From an uncultured Gammaproteobacteria bacterium (GTDB lineage Bacteria > Patescibacteriota > Patescibacteriia > VMEV01 > CAYQCH01), in the NCBI GenBank assembly GCA_964503955.1, contig CAZDCG010000001.1, forward strand, positions 173,804-237,803: DNA of 64,000 nucleotides, written 5' to 3'. The notes under the pieces are model-generated. The model was not told the origin of the DNA. It did no database searches and saw only the letters and a program-made list of their open reading frames with translations. The position numbers and the translations under genes are program-made. How positions within the stretch are numbered: the first letter of the stretch is position 1; every line of letters begins with the position of its first letter. Positions 1 to 9,190 of the stretch are shown in pieces.

Positions 1-1832
1 CTCATATTGGGCCCCGTCAGCAAATGAAAACAGGTTTGCTCACCCATGATCAAGTCATTTGGGATATACGGATCGCTTTGCAGCGATTCAATCACAGGAT
101 GACGGCCCTGTTTGATCATCAGCCCCTCTTTGCTGATTTGCGGACGGCAATAATTCCTGTCTGCCGCCAGCTGGGCGTATGAGGCAAGAACATCAAGCTG
201 CGCCAGGGACCGAGCGGTTTCCCGCAGTGCTGACAAATGCGCAAAAACCTCAGAGCGCAACTCCTCAAACAATTGCTGCTCAATTAAAATCATTTTATCC
301 TGCGCGCCAAGAATTTTTTCTTCGTATTCTTTCAGCTCGGGCGTGATAAAGCGCTCGGCATTTACCAGTGTTTGCTTGCGGATATAATCTTGCGGAACAT
401 TAGCCAGATTCGCCTTGCTGATCTCAATATGGTAGCCAAACACTTTATTAAACTTCACTTTCAGCGAAGCAATACCCGTGCGCTCGCGCTCCTTCTCCTG
501 CAGATTGCTGATCCACTCTTTGCCCGATGTTGAAAGCACGCGCAGCTCGTCAAGTTCGGCATGCACTCCTTCTCTGATATAACCGCCGTCCTGCATCAGA
601 ACCGGCGGATCATCCTGCAGCGTCGCTTCAATTCTTGCAACAAGATCGTCATGCGTATGAAGATGCTGCAGCAAATCAGCCAGCAATGTGCTTTTCAAGG
701 CAGCAGGTTTGAGTGTTTCTTTTATCGTTGGAATTTTTTTGACCGCTTCTTTTACGTTGAAGAGGTCCCGGGGATTCACGCGCAATGTCCCGACTTTTCC
801 TAAAAGCCGCTCTAAATCGCAGATTCCTGAAAGCTGCTCGCGTACTTCGCCGCGCACCGGAGACTGCTGCATGAATTGGTCAACCGCGACCAGGCGTTCT
901 TCGATTTTCTTTGCGTCGAGCAGGGGGTGGGAAAGCCACCAGCGCAGGAGACGTCCGCCCATGGGCGTGACGGTTTGATCAAGCACGGAAATCAAGGTTC
1001 CCTCATTCTGTCCGGTCTGCTGGTTGGAAAAGAGTTCAAGATTGCGAATGGTCGATTCATCAAGAATCATGTAATCGCCCGGCTGGTAACGTTCGATCGA
1101 TTGAATATGCCCAAGCGCGGTACGCTGAGTTTCCTGCAGATAAGCGACCAGATGCGCGGCAACGCTAATGAGCAAAGGCTCATGTTCAAGGCCGAATCCA
1201 TCAAGCCCGACCGTATGAAATTGCTCCGTCAGCAATTCCTTTTTATCTTTCCAGGCTGGCAAAGCAAATTCGCTCACCGTGATATACCCAGAAAGCTGAT
1301 CGGACCATGATTGCTTTTGCGCGAGCAGCAGCTCAGCCGGACGAAGCCGCGAGATCTCATCCATCAATTGCGCGATGCCTTCAAGCAATGCCACCTGAAA
1401 TGTCCCGGTGGTGATATCCACCAAACCAAGGGCGAACTTGTCTTGATCCTGGTCAACAGCGCAAAGATAATTCGCTTCTTTCTGCGAAAGAATAGAGTCA
1501 TCAAAGGTTGTGCCGGGCGTGACGATGCGTGTCACCTCACGGCGCACAGGCCCTTTTCCATCCGGAGCGGAAAGCTGGTCGCAGACAGCCACTTTCTTGC
1601 CGGCGCGCGTGAGCTTTGCGATATACTGCTCGCCGGCACGGATCGGCGCGCCGCACATGGCTATTTCATTTTCAGTTCCTTTGCCGCGCGCGGTCAGCGT
1701 CAAATCCAGGATACGCGAGGCTTCAACCGCGTCGTCTCCAAACAATTCATAAAAATCTCCCATTTGAAAAAAGAGCACCGCATCGGCATGCTGCTTTTTG
1801 ATCTGAAAATATTGTTCAAGCATGGGAGTCAT
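1..1832 (-). CDS. mutS: DNA mismatch repair protein MutS (3' end runs off the window)
   Basis: Not in the ORF track. Manual minus-strand translation from ATG 1832 gives MTPMLEQYFQIKKQHADAVLFFQMGDFYELF (MutS mismatch-binding motif); the window edge reads GRHPV...ITGPNM (start of the P-loop). Confidence 0.97.
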   Translation of the reverse strand, partial: MTPMLEQYFQIKKQHADAVLFFQMGDFYELFGDDAVEASRILDLTLTARGKGTENEIAMCGAPIRAGEQYIAKLTRAGKKVAVCDQLSAPDGKGPVRREVTRIVTPGTTFDDSILSQKEANYLCAVDQDQDKFALGLVDITTGTFQVALLEGIAQLMDEISRLRPAELLLAQKQSWSDQLSGYITVSEFALPAWKDKKELLTEQFHTVGLDGFGLEHEPLLISVAAHLVAYLQETQRTALGHIQSIERYQPGDYMILDESTIRNLELFSNQQTGQNEGTLISVLDQTVTPMGGRLLRWWLSHPLLDAKKIEERLVAVDQFMQQSPVRGEVREQLSGICDLERLLGKVGTLRVNPRDLFNVKEAVKKIPTIKETLKPAALKSTLLADLLQHLHTHDDLVARIEATLQDDPPVLMQDGGYIREGVHAELDELRVLSTSGKEWISNLQEKERERTGIASLKVKFNKVFGYHIEISKANLANVPQDYIRKQTLVNAERFITPELKEYEEKILGAQDKMILIEQQLFEELRSEVFAHLSALRETARSLAQLDVLASYAQLAADRNYCRPQISKEGLMIKQGRHPVIESLQSDPYIPNDLIMGEQTCFHLLTGPNM

Positions 1833-1965
1833 ACAGAAGACGCACAGACTTTATGGACTTGGCAGACTCACAGACAAATACAGTAAGCACTATTATAGCA
1901 GGTCAGCGCATGAGCGCGAGCGGCCCCAAGATCAAGCCGAACAAGAATGTTATTCAGCCGTTTTT

Positions 1966-2002
1966 CAAAGAAAAACTCACAAACGTGATCGTCTGTGAGT
2001 CT
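1966..2002 (-). terminator. Putative intrinsic terminator after the DUF1858/IscA-like gene
   Basis: Minus strand AGACTCACAGAC-GATCAC-GTTTGTGAGTTT (stem with G-U pairs) followed by TTCTTTG. Confidence 0.55.
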
Positions 2003-2027
2003 AAACATCTGTATGTCAGTCTTTGTT

Positions 2028-2645
2028 TTAACAGCCGCACCCTCCGCCACAGCAGCCGTCTTCCTTCTTTTCACCTTTGCAATGGCAGTCGCTCATCGCT
2101 TTGCCGCAAGGACAGCTTTCTTCTTCGCGCAGGGAGATAATCTTGAATCCTTCGCCTGAAGGCATGCTCACAAAGTCAACCAAGCTTGGTTTCATCAAAG
2201 ACAACGATTTATCGGTAATAAAGATTTTCCAACCTTGCCATTCCATGGTTTTTTCTTCCCCTTCAGGTTCCGCGACAAGGTCGAGGAAATACTCGAGCGC
2301 CTTGCCATGTTTTGTTGCTTCCACCTTCAAACCAAAACCCTGCTGGCCTTCGGTTTCAGCAATTGCTTCAAGGGCATCAATCGCGTTTGGACTCAGCGTA
2401 ATCCCCTCCGGGTTCAATTCGTAATCCGGCTTTTTGGTGACGACAAGATTGAGCTCGTCTATGAGGCTTTCAATGCTTTCTTTTTGCATGCCATGCCCAA
2501 GAGCTCCCTGCTCAATGGTTTCAAAAGGATTGACCGCGCAGCCCACGCATTGCAGGCCATAACTTAAGAGCACCTCAGCGGTCTGAGGGTATTCTTTCAC
2601 GACCGTTCCGATCGTCATTTGTGGATTGATTGGCTGGTTTTCCAT
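2028..2645 (-). CDS. DUF1858 domain fused to an IscA/HesB-like domain, with a Cys-rich tail
   Basis: N-terminal MTIGTVVKEYPQTAEVLLSYGLQCVGC...ETIEQGA is DUF1858-like. ITLSPNAI...IFITDKSL...VDFV...GFK is HesB-like. Tail CPC..CHC..GCCGGGCGC. Start placed at ATG 2645. Confidence 0.75.
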   Translation of the reverse strand: MENQPINPQMTIGTVVKEYPQTAEVLLSYGLQCVGCAVNPFETIEQGALGHGMQKESIESLIDELNLVVTKKPDYELNPEGITLSPNAIDALEAIAETEGQQGFGLKVEATKHGKALEYFLDLVAEPEGEEKTMEWQGWKIFITDKSLSLMKPSLVDFVSMPSGEGFKIISLREEESCPCGKAMSDCHCKGEKKEDGCCGGGCGC

Positions 2646-2813
2646 AGTGGGATGATTATGGCACAAAAAGAGAGGAAAATCAAGGTAGCTGAAGTAAGGC
2701 CATTCTCTTTGTTGAAGATGACAATGAAAAAAAATGTCGCAAAGGAGAAACGAAAAGAGCGGCTTGAGCCGCTCCTTTTTATTCGTAATTCGTATAGATT
2801 CGTGTTTGTACTC

Positions 2814-4085
2814 CTAAATTTCAATCTGTATCGCCTTTTCCATGCGGCGGACATCAGCAAGCAATTCTTCGCGGGTATCGGCCGATAGCGTAATGTCTAA
2901 TACCTTGTTGAATCCGTCTTTTGAAAGCCCGGCCTTGTCTCCCACTTTCTTTACCATGATGAATTCCCGCAATGTCTTTAACTCGCGAACTTTTTTGATT
3001 CCTTTAATTGATTTAATCACCCCTTTCTTTTTGGGGAAGATATTAAATGACGCGACATATTTATGAATTTTTCTGTGCACCACCGGCTTTTCTCCCATGC
3101 GGGTAAGCAAATCATTCATCCCATGAGGGATATGATACGCCTCGCGGTACATTAGATCGCGGTGTCCGCCCATGCGCGCATCTACTTCAAGGACTTTCCA
3201 GCCTTCATCAAGTTTGATGAACTCCATATGCAGCATGCACGCGCGCAGCCCAAGCGCGATAACCGCTTTCTGGGCTACCTCCTGTGCCTTGGCTTCTTCT
3301 TCCAGAGTCAAACGCGTCGGCGTGATGTGTCGATAGGTGAAGAAATCATCCACGCCGATCTGCATGCCTGTTTTGTAGTGGGTGGCGGGCAGCAACGTAA
3401 TCTTCTGCCCGGTTTGATCGACATATCCGTCAATGGCGTAATTTTCTCCCTCCATGAATTGCTCCACAATCACCTCGGGTTCCACCATGGCTCCGTTTCT
3501 TTTATAAGCGCTGCGCAACCCGCGATACACCTTGCGCAAGGTTGATTGCAATTCTTCTTCATGAAAGCAGATGGATATCAAACGGCTGGCAGCCAGGCTC
3601 GCCGGCTTTACGATACAAGGAAAACCAACGTATTTCTTCACACGCTCCACGTCTTCTTTTCTTGCCCCATGAACCGATGTGAATTTCGGCGTGATTTCAG
3701 GGGCATAGCGTCGAAACTTTCGCCGCATGATGAGCTTATTGCCGCAAGCTTCCATGGAATCCTTGGTCGGCATAATCAAGTGCGGGAACAATCCGATCAA
3801 ATGCGCGTAAAGTGGCATGTAAAAAACCGAACGGCAGGAGACAACCATCACCTGGTCGCGGATCGGCATTAAAGCCTTTTCGATAGCCGCGGTATTCTTC
3901 ACGTCAACGGGAATAATAAAATCGATTTTTTCTTCCAACTCAGGATGTTTTGAAGGGACACGTTTATCAACCAAAAAAGCAACCCTTAACTTATAGCCAA
4001 GATGTTTTTCAAGATCTTTGACTGCCTGTAATGATTCAGGGATATAGGGCCCCACGTACAGGACAATATTTGGTTTTGATGGCAT
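2814..4085 (-). CDS. ATP-grasp domain protein (L-amino-acid-ligase-like)
   Basis: NKLIMR, GFPCIVKP...AS, VEQFMEG, HMEF...VLEVDARMGG motifs. Confidence 0.85.
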   Translation of the reverse strand: MPSKPNIVLYVGPYIPESLQAVKDLEKHLGYKLRVAFLVDKRVPSKHPELEEKIDFIIPVDVKNTAAIEKALMPIRDQVMVVSCRSVFYMPLYAHLIGLFPHLIMPTKDSMEACGNKLIMRRKFRRYAPEITPKFTSVHGARKEDVERVKKYVGFPCIVKPASLAASRLISICFHEEELQSTLRKVYRGLRSAYKRNGAMVEPEVIVEQFMEGENYAIDGYVDQTGQKITLLPATHYKTGMQIGVDDFFTYRHITPTRLTLEEEAKAQEVAQKAVIALGLRACMLHMEFIKLDEGWKVLEVDARMGGHRDLMYREAYHIPHGMNDLLTRMGEKPVVHRKIHKYVASFNIFPKKKGVIKSIKGIKKVRELKTLREFIMVKKVGDKAGLSKDGFNKVLDITLSADTREELLADVRRMEKAIQIEI

Positions 4086-4391
4086 AAAAGAAAACAAACC
4101 GGAAGACAGACAGATCCGCCTTTACACCGGTTTTACTTCCATGGCGTAAGTATAACACCCAAGTCTGACTTGTCTAGCAAATTTGTCAATCTGTGTCAAT
4201 GATACACGTCGAGAAATTCTTGAAAATGACTGAAAAGAGCCTTAATAAACATCGATGCACAGGAGGAAGAAAATATTTCGTTCAAATGCAATGAACAATT
4301 GAGTACCGGAGTAAGGCGTACTGGAACGTACGCCGCACGAGGAACGCAGATTGTGAAGAAGCAGTTGACGGAAGATTTTCTTCCCTCAACG

Positions 4392-4419
4392 AAAATACCG
4401 TCCTCCGAAGAGGACGGCA
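4392..4419 (-). terminator. Intrinsic terminator downstream of the CofE-like gene
   Basis: Minus strand TGCCGTCCTC-TTCG-GAGGACGGTA then TTTT (cUUCGg tetraloop). Confidence 0.65.
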
Positions 4420-4499
4420 CAAGCATCGAGAGAAAAGATTGTTTCCTGTGATGCCGCTATCTTATCAGAAGCAGTAAACATGTCAATGTGTATAACTGC

Positions 4500-5213
4500 C
4501 TACGCAATGCTCTTGAACAAAGGACCGTACAAATCGTCTTCAAGAGGGATCTTTAATTCATCTGGATCAACCGGGGTATCTGTGAAATCCGCATCAAATC
4601 CTTTGATATGCACAAGCGGCTGGCGTTCGTCCCCTTCGCCCATCACAAGGACAGCGGCGGAAGCGAGTCCATCGGGAATATTAAGTTTTGCGAGTTTGAA
4701 CGGACGGCCAAAAATATCCGGCGTGCCGACATAATCTCTCAATCCTTTAAATCCAGCGTATCCGTAGGCCACGCCAAGCGTTCCTTTGCGCAGCGGCATC
4801 ACGCGGCTGTCGGTTACGATGACACCAAGCTCTTTTACGCCAAGCCGCTTCATTAATGCTTCCCGAACAGAACGTGCAACCGCAAAACTGTCTTTTGGCA
4901 AAAGAATAAAGTAGTCGCCGCCCGCATTTGATTCATCAATGCCGGCGCTCGCCATAACCAAACCGTCTTTGAGCGTAAGCCAGGTATACGGGGTACGGAT
5001 AGCCGTATCGCTTTCCGCTTTGATCAATTCTTCTTTTTGATGTTCCAAATTCTCGCCGCGATGAGGAACAACCCTGTTCTCCGCCAGCGCCGCGATTTTT
5101 GACGTGATAACAATAATATCCCGCTCACCGGTATCCTTGATATGCTCCAAAATAAAATCGACCAGGTTTTCCCCGAGCTGAAAAATTCTTGTTTTGATTG
5201 GCATGACCTGCAT
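4500..5213 (-). CDS. cofE: Coenzyme F420-0:gamma-glutamyl ligase (CofE) family protein
   Basis: DIIVITSKI, AGIDESN, LLPKD, VIVTDS..PLRKG, D.FGR, LVMGEGDERQP motifs. The substrate in this organism is unknown. Confidence 0.85.
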   Translation of the reverse strand: MQVMPIKTRIFQLGENLVDFILEHIKDTGERDIIVITSKIAALAENRVVPHRGENLEHQKEELIKAESDTAIRTPYTWLTLKDGLVMASAGIDESNAGGDYFILLPKDSFAVARSVREALMKRLGVKELGVIVTDSRVMPLRKGTLGVAYGYAGFKGLRDYVGTPDIFGRPFKLAKLNIPDGLASAAVLVMGEGDERQPLVHIKGFDADFTDTPVDPDELKIPLEDDLYGPLFKSIA

Positions 5214-5321
5214 AGATCGATAACAGGTTTTAGATCTTCACGTTCTTGATGGATAGCTCGTTAACCCGTGAACGCGTTAACAATGAGCGAGTAGCTCGTT
5301 ATTCAATGTCACTTTGTTCTG

Positions 5322-5582
5322 TCAAAGCATCTTATTATAGAGCCACACAAAAAACGTACCGATGATGCCCCCGAGAAAAAATCCCCAGACAAGTGCGAGA
5401 AAGAAACCAGCCCAAGTCGGTTCAAGTCCGGGCAAGAGATCGCTCATCAGCTCAAGAAGCTGCCGGCCTCTTCCAAACATTGCCACGATCACCAAAGCGC
5501 CAAGCATGAGCGATGCCGTTGAGCCGGTTGTCAGCAGAAAACCGGAAACGCATAAGGGACGGTGCTTATGATGGTCAAGCAT
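5322..5582 (-). CDS. Small two-TM membrane protein
   Basis: ATG 5582 overlaps the upstream stop. MLDHH... has two hydrophobic helices and ends WLYNKML. Confidence 0.7.
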   Translation of the reverse strand: MLDHHKHRPLCVSGFLLTTGSTASLMLGALVIVAMFGRGRQLLELMSDLLPGLEPTWAGFFLALVWGFFLGGIIGTFFVWLYNKML

Positions 5583-6438
5583 ATCGAGAAATTGATGAAG
5601 AAGGAGGCAGCATAACGGCTTTGCAGGTCTTTTGCAACTCAACAATGCGTGTTTTAGACAGACCGGTTTTTTTCGCCAAAGCACCCGGCTCTTTTTTCAC
5701 CAGCTCTCTGCAGAGCGTGACCTTCTGCTTCATAAGCGCCTGCAATTCATCATCCGCCAAATCATCCAAGACGGAAATCGGATAGAGCTGCACAAGGTCA
5801 ACCATGCGCGCAAACGTGCGTTCTTTCGGGTGATTCCAGCCGATCATCACCATATTTTTGCAATGAGCGAATTTCAGAGAATGTTCCGTAAATCGTGCAT
5901 TGGTGACAATCCAGGCTTCATCAAAATGCGGACAAAGCCCAAGCTTTGCGCCATCGACCAGATCTAAATACCTGGACCAGGTTGCCATGGTGTCTTTGAT
6001 ATTAACGACATCATTAAAGTTATTGCGGAACTTGGCTTCGATAAACATTGTCCGGCCATCCTTCTCCGCGATTACGTCGACTTCATGCGTGACGCAGGCA
6101 CCCTGCAGCTCATAAGGCAGCTGCGTTTTATATCCGTATGCTTCAAGAATTGCCGCGACATATTTTTCAAAGTTGAATCCAGCCGGCCCCAGCCTCCCTA
6201 AAGCATTGCGCAGCTGGTAGCGGGCCCCGGCCGCCGGATCACGCTCGGCCAGTTCCGCGCGAACCATGTCCATGATTTCCTCGGTTGTGATTTTTGGCCT
6301 CAGACGCTCTTGAATAGTGCCAAGAATTTCCTGAATCTGTTCAGGAGACGCGCCGCTGCGGCCAAGCGTGGTTTCAATGCGGACAGGGTCAAACGGCACA
6401 AGTTTACCATTTGATTTCCTTACCATGATGCGAGCCAT
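5575..6438 (-). CDS. ATP-cone domain plus Mrr-like PD-(D/E)xK restriction endonuclease
   Basis: IMVRKSNGKLVPFDPVRI (ATP cone); GFNFEKYVA, HEVDVIAEK..FIEAK, IVTNARFT (Mrr_cat-like). Confidence 0.85.
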   Translation of the reverse strand: MARIMVRKSNGKLVPFDPVRIETTLGRSGASPEQIQEILGTIQERLRPKITTEEIMDMVRAELAERDPAAGARYQLRNALGRLGPAGFNFEKYVAAILEAYGYKTQLPYELQGACVTHEVDVIAEKDGRTMFIEAKFRNNFNDVVNIKDTMATWSRYLDLVDGAKLGLCPHFDEAWIVTNARFTEHSLKFAHCKNMVMIGWNHPKERTFARMVDLVQLYPISVLDDLADDELQALMKQKVTLCRELVKKEPGALAKKTGLSKTRIVELQKTCKAVMLPPSSSISRYA

Positions 6439-6725
6439 AGGCAAAAACATTATCTATAGAGAGTATAGGCCAGATGACTGACCTCGTCGAGATAATGTTT
6501 TGCAAACGATCCCAGACGCGCAAGTCCCTCAAATGTATCAGATAGAACAAAAAAGATAAAAGATGCAAGGAGTAAGCTGATGCGCTGATTACTGATACGC
6601 TGAACGCTTGAGCTGAGTGCTTTCTTTCATGCCTCCAGCACACAGCATCAGCAACAGTGATCAGTGTTCAGTACTCAGCTTACCCTCAGACACACTGCCC
6701 ATAACCCGTCACCCGCAACCTCTTA

Positions 6726-8705
6726 CTACTGCCCTGTTCTTAGCGCATTGCCTCTCACAATGGCTCCCTGCCGTGGATCGGTTTGCCAAGGTGCGACATA
6801 TTCATCGCGCGGTCCATATGCCGTGTATACACGCACCGTTTTCAGATCAGGCGGTATTTCAAACGTTTCAGGTTCGTGATTTGCCAGATATTTATCCATG
6901 AATGAGCGCCAGACAGGAGCGGCCACCACCGCGCCCGCCCCCCCATATCGTAGCGGCGCATTATCATGATTCCCCGCCCAGACTCCGACCACGATGGACG
7001 GCGTATAGCCGATTGTCCAGGCATCACGATAGTCCTGGCTGGTTCCGGTTTTTGCCGCGACCTGTCGATCATAAAAGGATAAGGGGCTTCGCGCGCCAAA
7101 AACCGGAGTACGCGCCCGATTGTCGCTGAGAATGGATGTAATTTGATACGCCGTTTCCGGTTTAACGATTTCGCGAGGAAGCGCGGTTTTCCAATCGATC
7201 CTCCCCCCTTCAAGCGTTTGAATCGAAAGAATGCCTGTTGGAGAAATCTGGGTTCCCTGATTGGCGAATGTTCCGTACGCGCTGACAAGATCAAGCAGCT
7301 TGACCTCCGCGCCCCCAAGTACGATAGACGGACCAAAACGTTTGCGGTCTTCAAGCGTGGTAATGCCAAGATCCTCGGCAAAATCAATCGCCTCGTCCAC
7401 GCCAACCCGGATCACGGCTTCCACTGCGGGCACATTCAGCGATTGCGCGAGCGCGTCACGCAGGGTGATAGGACCTCGGAATTTCAAATCATAGTTTTGC
7501 GGGATATAAACCTGCCTGGGATCAAGACTGAAATTGCGCGGAGCATCCATGAGAATACTGGCCGGCGTCACTTTTTGTTTATCAAGCAGCGCGGCATACA
7601 CCAGCGGCTTAAACGAGCTTCCCGGCTGACGGTTGGCGGTTGTCATATTCACGTTTGCCGCTTCGCCTTCGAAATAATTTTTATTGCCAAGCATGGCAAG
7701 GATTTCTCCATTTCTTGGATCAAGCGCCACAAGACCTGTACTGTCCGCATTGTATCTGTTCAGCCGCTCATCCTGCTCTTGCACGGATTCCATTGCCAAA
7801 AGCTGGAGATGGTAATCAAGCGTTGTGGTCACGACAAGCCCGCCCTGCTCCACTCGTTGTTTTCCAAGCGCTTCCTCAAGCTGCTGGCGTATATGCATGA
7901 CAAAATGCGGGGCTTTAATCTCCATTTTCCCGCTGCCAAACTGGATTGCATCCGACAAAGCCGTAGAATAGGTTAACTCATCAATATATCCATGCGCATA
8001 CATCTTTGCGAGAATATAATCCCGCCGTTCAATAAGCGCGTCGACATGCCCGTTAAAAGGCGACAAATACGTCGGATGCTTTGGCAGTGCGGCCAACGTT
8101 GCCGCCTCGGCCACGGAAAGTTCGCTGGCATGCTTGTCAAAATACAAACGGCTTGCAGCCTCGGCTCCGTAGACATTTGATCCGTACGGAATGGTATTAA
8201 GATACAGATGCAGGATATCTTCCTTTGAAATCGCCAGATCAACGGCAACACTCATGAAAATTTCCTCAAGCTTGTCTCCATATCCTTGCGAAGGACCAAG
8301 GATTGTATTTTTAACAAGCTGCTGGACAAGCGTGGACCCTCCCTCGACCACTTCCTGCGCCTGCCAATTGCGCCAGAACGCGCGCAGGATTCCAAGCGGA
8401 TCAAAACCGGTATGTTTATAAAATCGTTCGTCTTCTGCCATCAAGGTAGCGTCGATCAAGGCCTGAGGAATTTGATCACGCTCAACGGGAATACGTCGTA
8501 TGTCTCCAAAAAATTCATAAAGCAGCACGCCATGACGGTCAAGGATTTGTGAAGAGCTTGGAAACTGCGTAATCAGCTCGACTTTGTCGGCATAGACCTC
8601 TTCAACGTAATAAAGACTGGCGCGCAGAGGCAGCAAAACGAAAAGCGTACCCAAAATCAGCCAGCGATAACATCTGCGATGTTGGCAAGTTCGCTTGATC
8701 TTCAT
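6726..8705 (-). CDS. Bifunctional class A penicillin-binding protein (PBP1A family)
   Basis: Transglycosylase motifs EDERFYKHTG, GGSTLVQQLVKN; transpeptidase motifs QPGSSFK, SLN, KTGT. Start placed at ATG 8705. Confidence 0.95.
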   Translation of the reverse strand: MKIKRTCQHRRCYRWLILGTLFVLLPLRASLYYVEEVYADKVELITQFPSSSQILDRHGVLLYEFFGDIRRIPVERDQIPQALIDATLMAEDERFYKHTGFDPLGILRAFWRNWQAQEVVEGGSTLVQQLVKNTILGPSQGYGDKLEEIFMSVAVDLAISKEDILHLYLNTIPYGSNVYGAEAASRLYFDKHASELSVAEAATLAALPKHPTYLSPFNGHVDALIERRDYILAKMYAHGYIDELTYSTALSDAIQFGSGKMEIKAPHFVMHIRQQLEEALGKQRVEQGGLVVTTTLDYHLQLLAMESVQEQDERLNRYNADSTGLVALDPRNGEILAMLGNKNYFEGEAANVNMTTANRQPGSSFKPLVYAALLDKQKVTPASILMDAPRNFSLDPRQVYIPQNYDLKFRGPITLRDALAQSLNVPAVEAVIRVGVDEAIDFAEDLGITTLEDRKRFGPSIVLGGAEVKLLDLVSAYGTFANQGTQISPTGILSIQTLEGGRIDWKTALPREIVKPETAYQITSILSDNRARTPVFGARSPLSFYDRQVAAKTGTSQDYRDAWTIGYTPSIVVGVWAGNHDNAPLRYGGAGAVVAAPVWRSFMDKYLANHEPETFEIPPDLKTVRVYTAYGPRDEYVAPWQTDPRQGAIVRGNALRTGQ

Positions 8706-9190
8706 AGAGGTCGGCCGGCTTGGCAAAGCCGGATGGAAGTTAGGTTCCCGCTTCGTCTAACTGTATTGAGACAATACAGGCAGACAACAGGAACGACGGT
8801 TCAATATGAAGAGTTCTGATTTCGAGAACGCTTCTCTCTTTCGGAGATGGATTGTCAAAAGACGGATCAGCTTAGTCGGTGGTCGAGATTGACACGAGAC
8901 GAGAAATGAATCGAGTTGAACTCCATCTATAACGTATCACTTCCATTGAAACGTTCAAGCTGTGTATAACTCCGTCATCAGTTTTGATGCATATGCATCT
9001 GTTCAAACATGAATCAAACGTTCCAGATAGACCACAACATTCCCGGACGAGTCCGCGGAATTTCAAATCTAACACGATCGTTAACGAGTTGTTCATGACT
9101 TGTAACCCGCTCACTCAAAACGAAGAAGACCCGCCGTCCGCAGCATCGATCGACACTGCTTCTGGCGGGTCTCTTCAGAAGACGGGCAGC

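Noticed and set aside
561-2140. Several + strand ORFs
   Set aside because: They are antisense to mutS, which the track missed because it runs off the window.
4190-4480. Possible housekeeping ncRNA (6S, tmRNA, RNase P) or 76-aa ORF
   Set aside because: Hairpins are present but there are no diagnostic motifs, and one hairpin is explained as a terminator.
5575-6438. ATP-cone/Mrr nuclease as a novel defence system
   Set aside because: It is a known stand-alone architecture, with no methylase or other defence partners adjacent.
8872-9114. 80-aa Cys-containing minus-strand ORF
   Set aside because: No recognisable motif or start signal. It may be real but cannot be supported.
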